This document shows, in pieces, positions 63,732 to 64,000 of a stretch of DNA of 64,000 nucleotides. The notes under the pieces are model-generated. The model saw nothing but the letters and a program-made list of their open reading frames with translations, made no database searches and was not told the DNA's origin. The stretch is from the NCBI GenBank assembly GCA_963725665.1, contig CAVRZA010000006.1:1-64000 (forward strand), read 5' to 3'. Position numbers and translations under genes: made by a program. The number at the start of each line of letters is the position of its first letter. Position 1 is the first letter of the stretch. This stretch comes from an uncultured Actinomycetes bacterium (GTDB taxonomy: Bacteria > Actinomycetota > Thermoleophilia > UBA2241).

Positions 63732-64000
63732 ATGGCAAGGGGGGCCATGGCAGCGACCAAGAACCTCGCGGCGCCCAGAGCGAGACGACCTGATCGAGCA
63801 GACGTCCGACTGCCCGATCGAGCGCGATCCGCTCCTCGTGCGCGCGCTCGCGCGCGGCCTCTCTATCCTCTGTCTGTTCGACGTCGACCACCGCGAGTGG
63901 ACCATCGACCAGATGGCCGAGCAGACGGGGCTCCTGCGCATGACCGCGTACCGCATGGTCCGCACGCTGGAGTCGACGGGATTCCTGGTCCGCGATCCCG
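63732..64000 (+). CDS. IclR family regulator (3' partial, frameshifted)
   Basis: ARGLSILCLFD...MAEQTGLLRMTAYRMVRTLESTGFLVRDP HTH; divergent from athL. Confidence 0.75.
   Translation, partial: MARGAMAATKNLAAPRARRPDRADVRLPDRARSAPRARARARPLYPLSVRRRPPRVDHRPDGRADGAPAHDRVPHGPHAGVDGIPGPRS

Noticed and set aside
1-64000. Prophage, transposon or anti-phage defence system
   Set aside because: No integrase, transposase, phage structural or recognisable defence genes apart from the HigBA pair.

Overview
High-GC bacterial DNA, probably Actinomycetota (inferred from the PASTA kinase, leaderless promoter and DUF1269/SHOCT proteins) and probably anaerobic or microaerophilic. Many genes carry single-base frameshifts, most likely long-read assembly indels, so several CDS are reconstructed across frames and their ends are approximate. 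There are two main blocks. (1) About 1.5-42 kb is an accessory island of ion, pH and polyphosphate genes (PPK2, P-type ATPase, TMEM175, CLC, two K+ channels, aquaporin, CPA1 antiporter, GadB, CYTH, DUF202). These are mixed with two formylglycine arylsulfatases, their radical-SAM maturase, four DUF1269-like proteins, small membrane peptides, a DszB-like/rhodanese/TetR unit, a HigBA pair and a PASTA pseudokinase. (2) About 42.4-64 kb looks like an anaerobic trihydroxybenzene catabolic cluster: Mo-dependent pyrogallol transhydroxylase (AthL/BthL), an SDR, hydroxyacid dehydrogenase, cyclase, cupin and BKACE module matching phloroglucinol degradation, a Liv-type ABC importer, a HisD paralogue, an ADP-forming acyl-CoA ligase, an OFA-type MFS, and IclR and FadR regulators. 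I recognised no rRNA, tRNA, CRISPR array or transposase. Family calls come from motif recognition and recall, not database searches.
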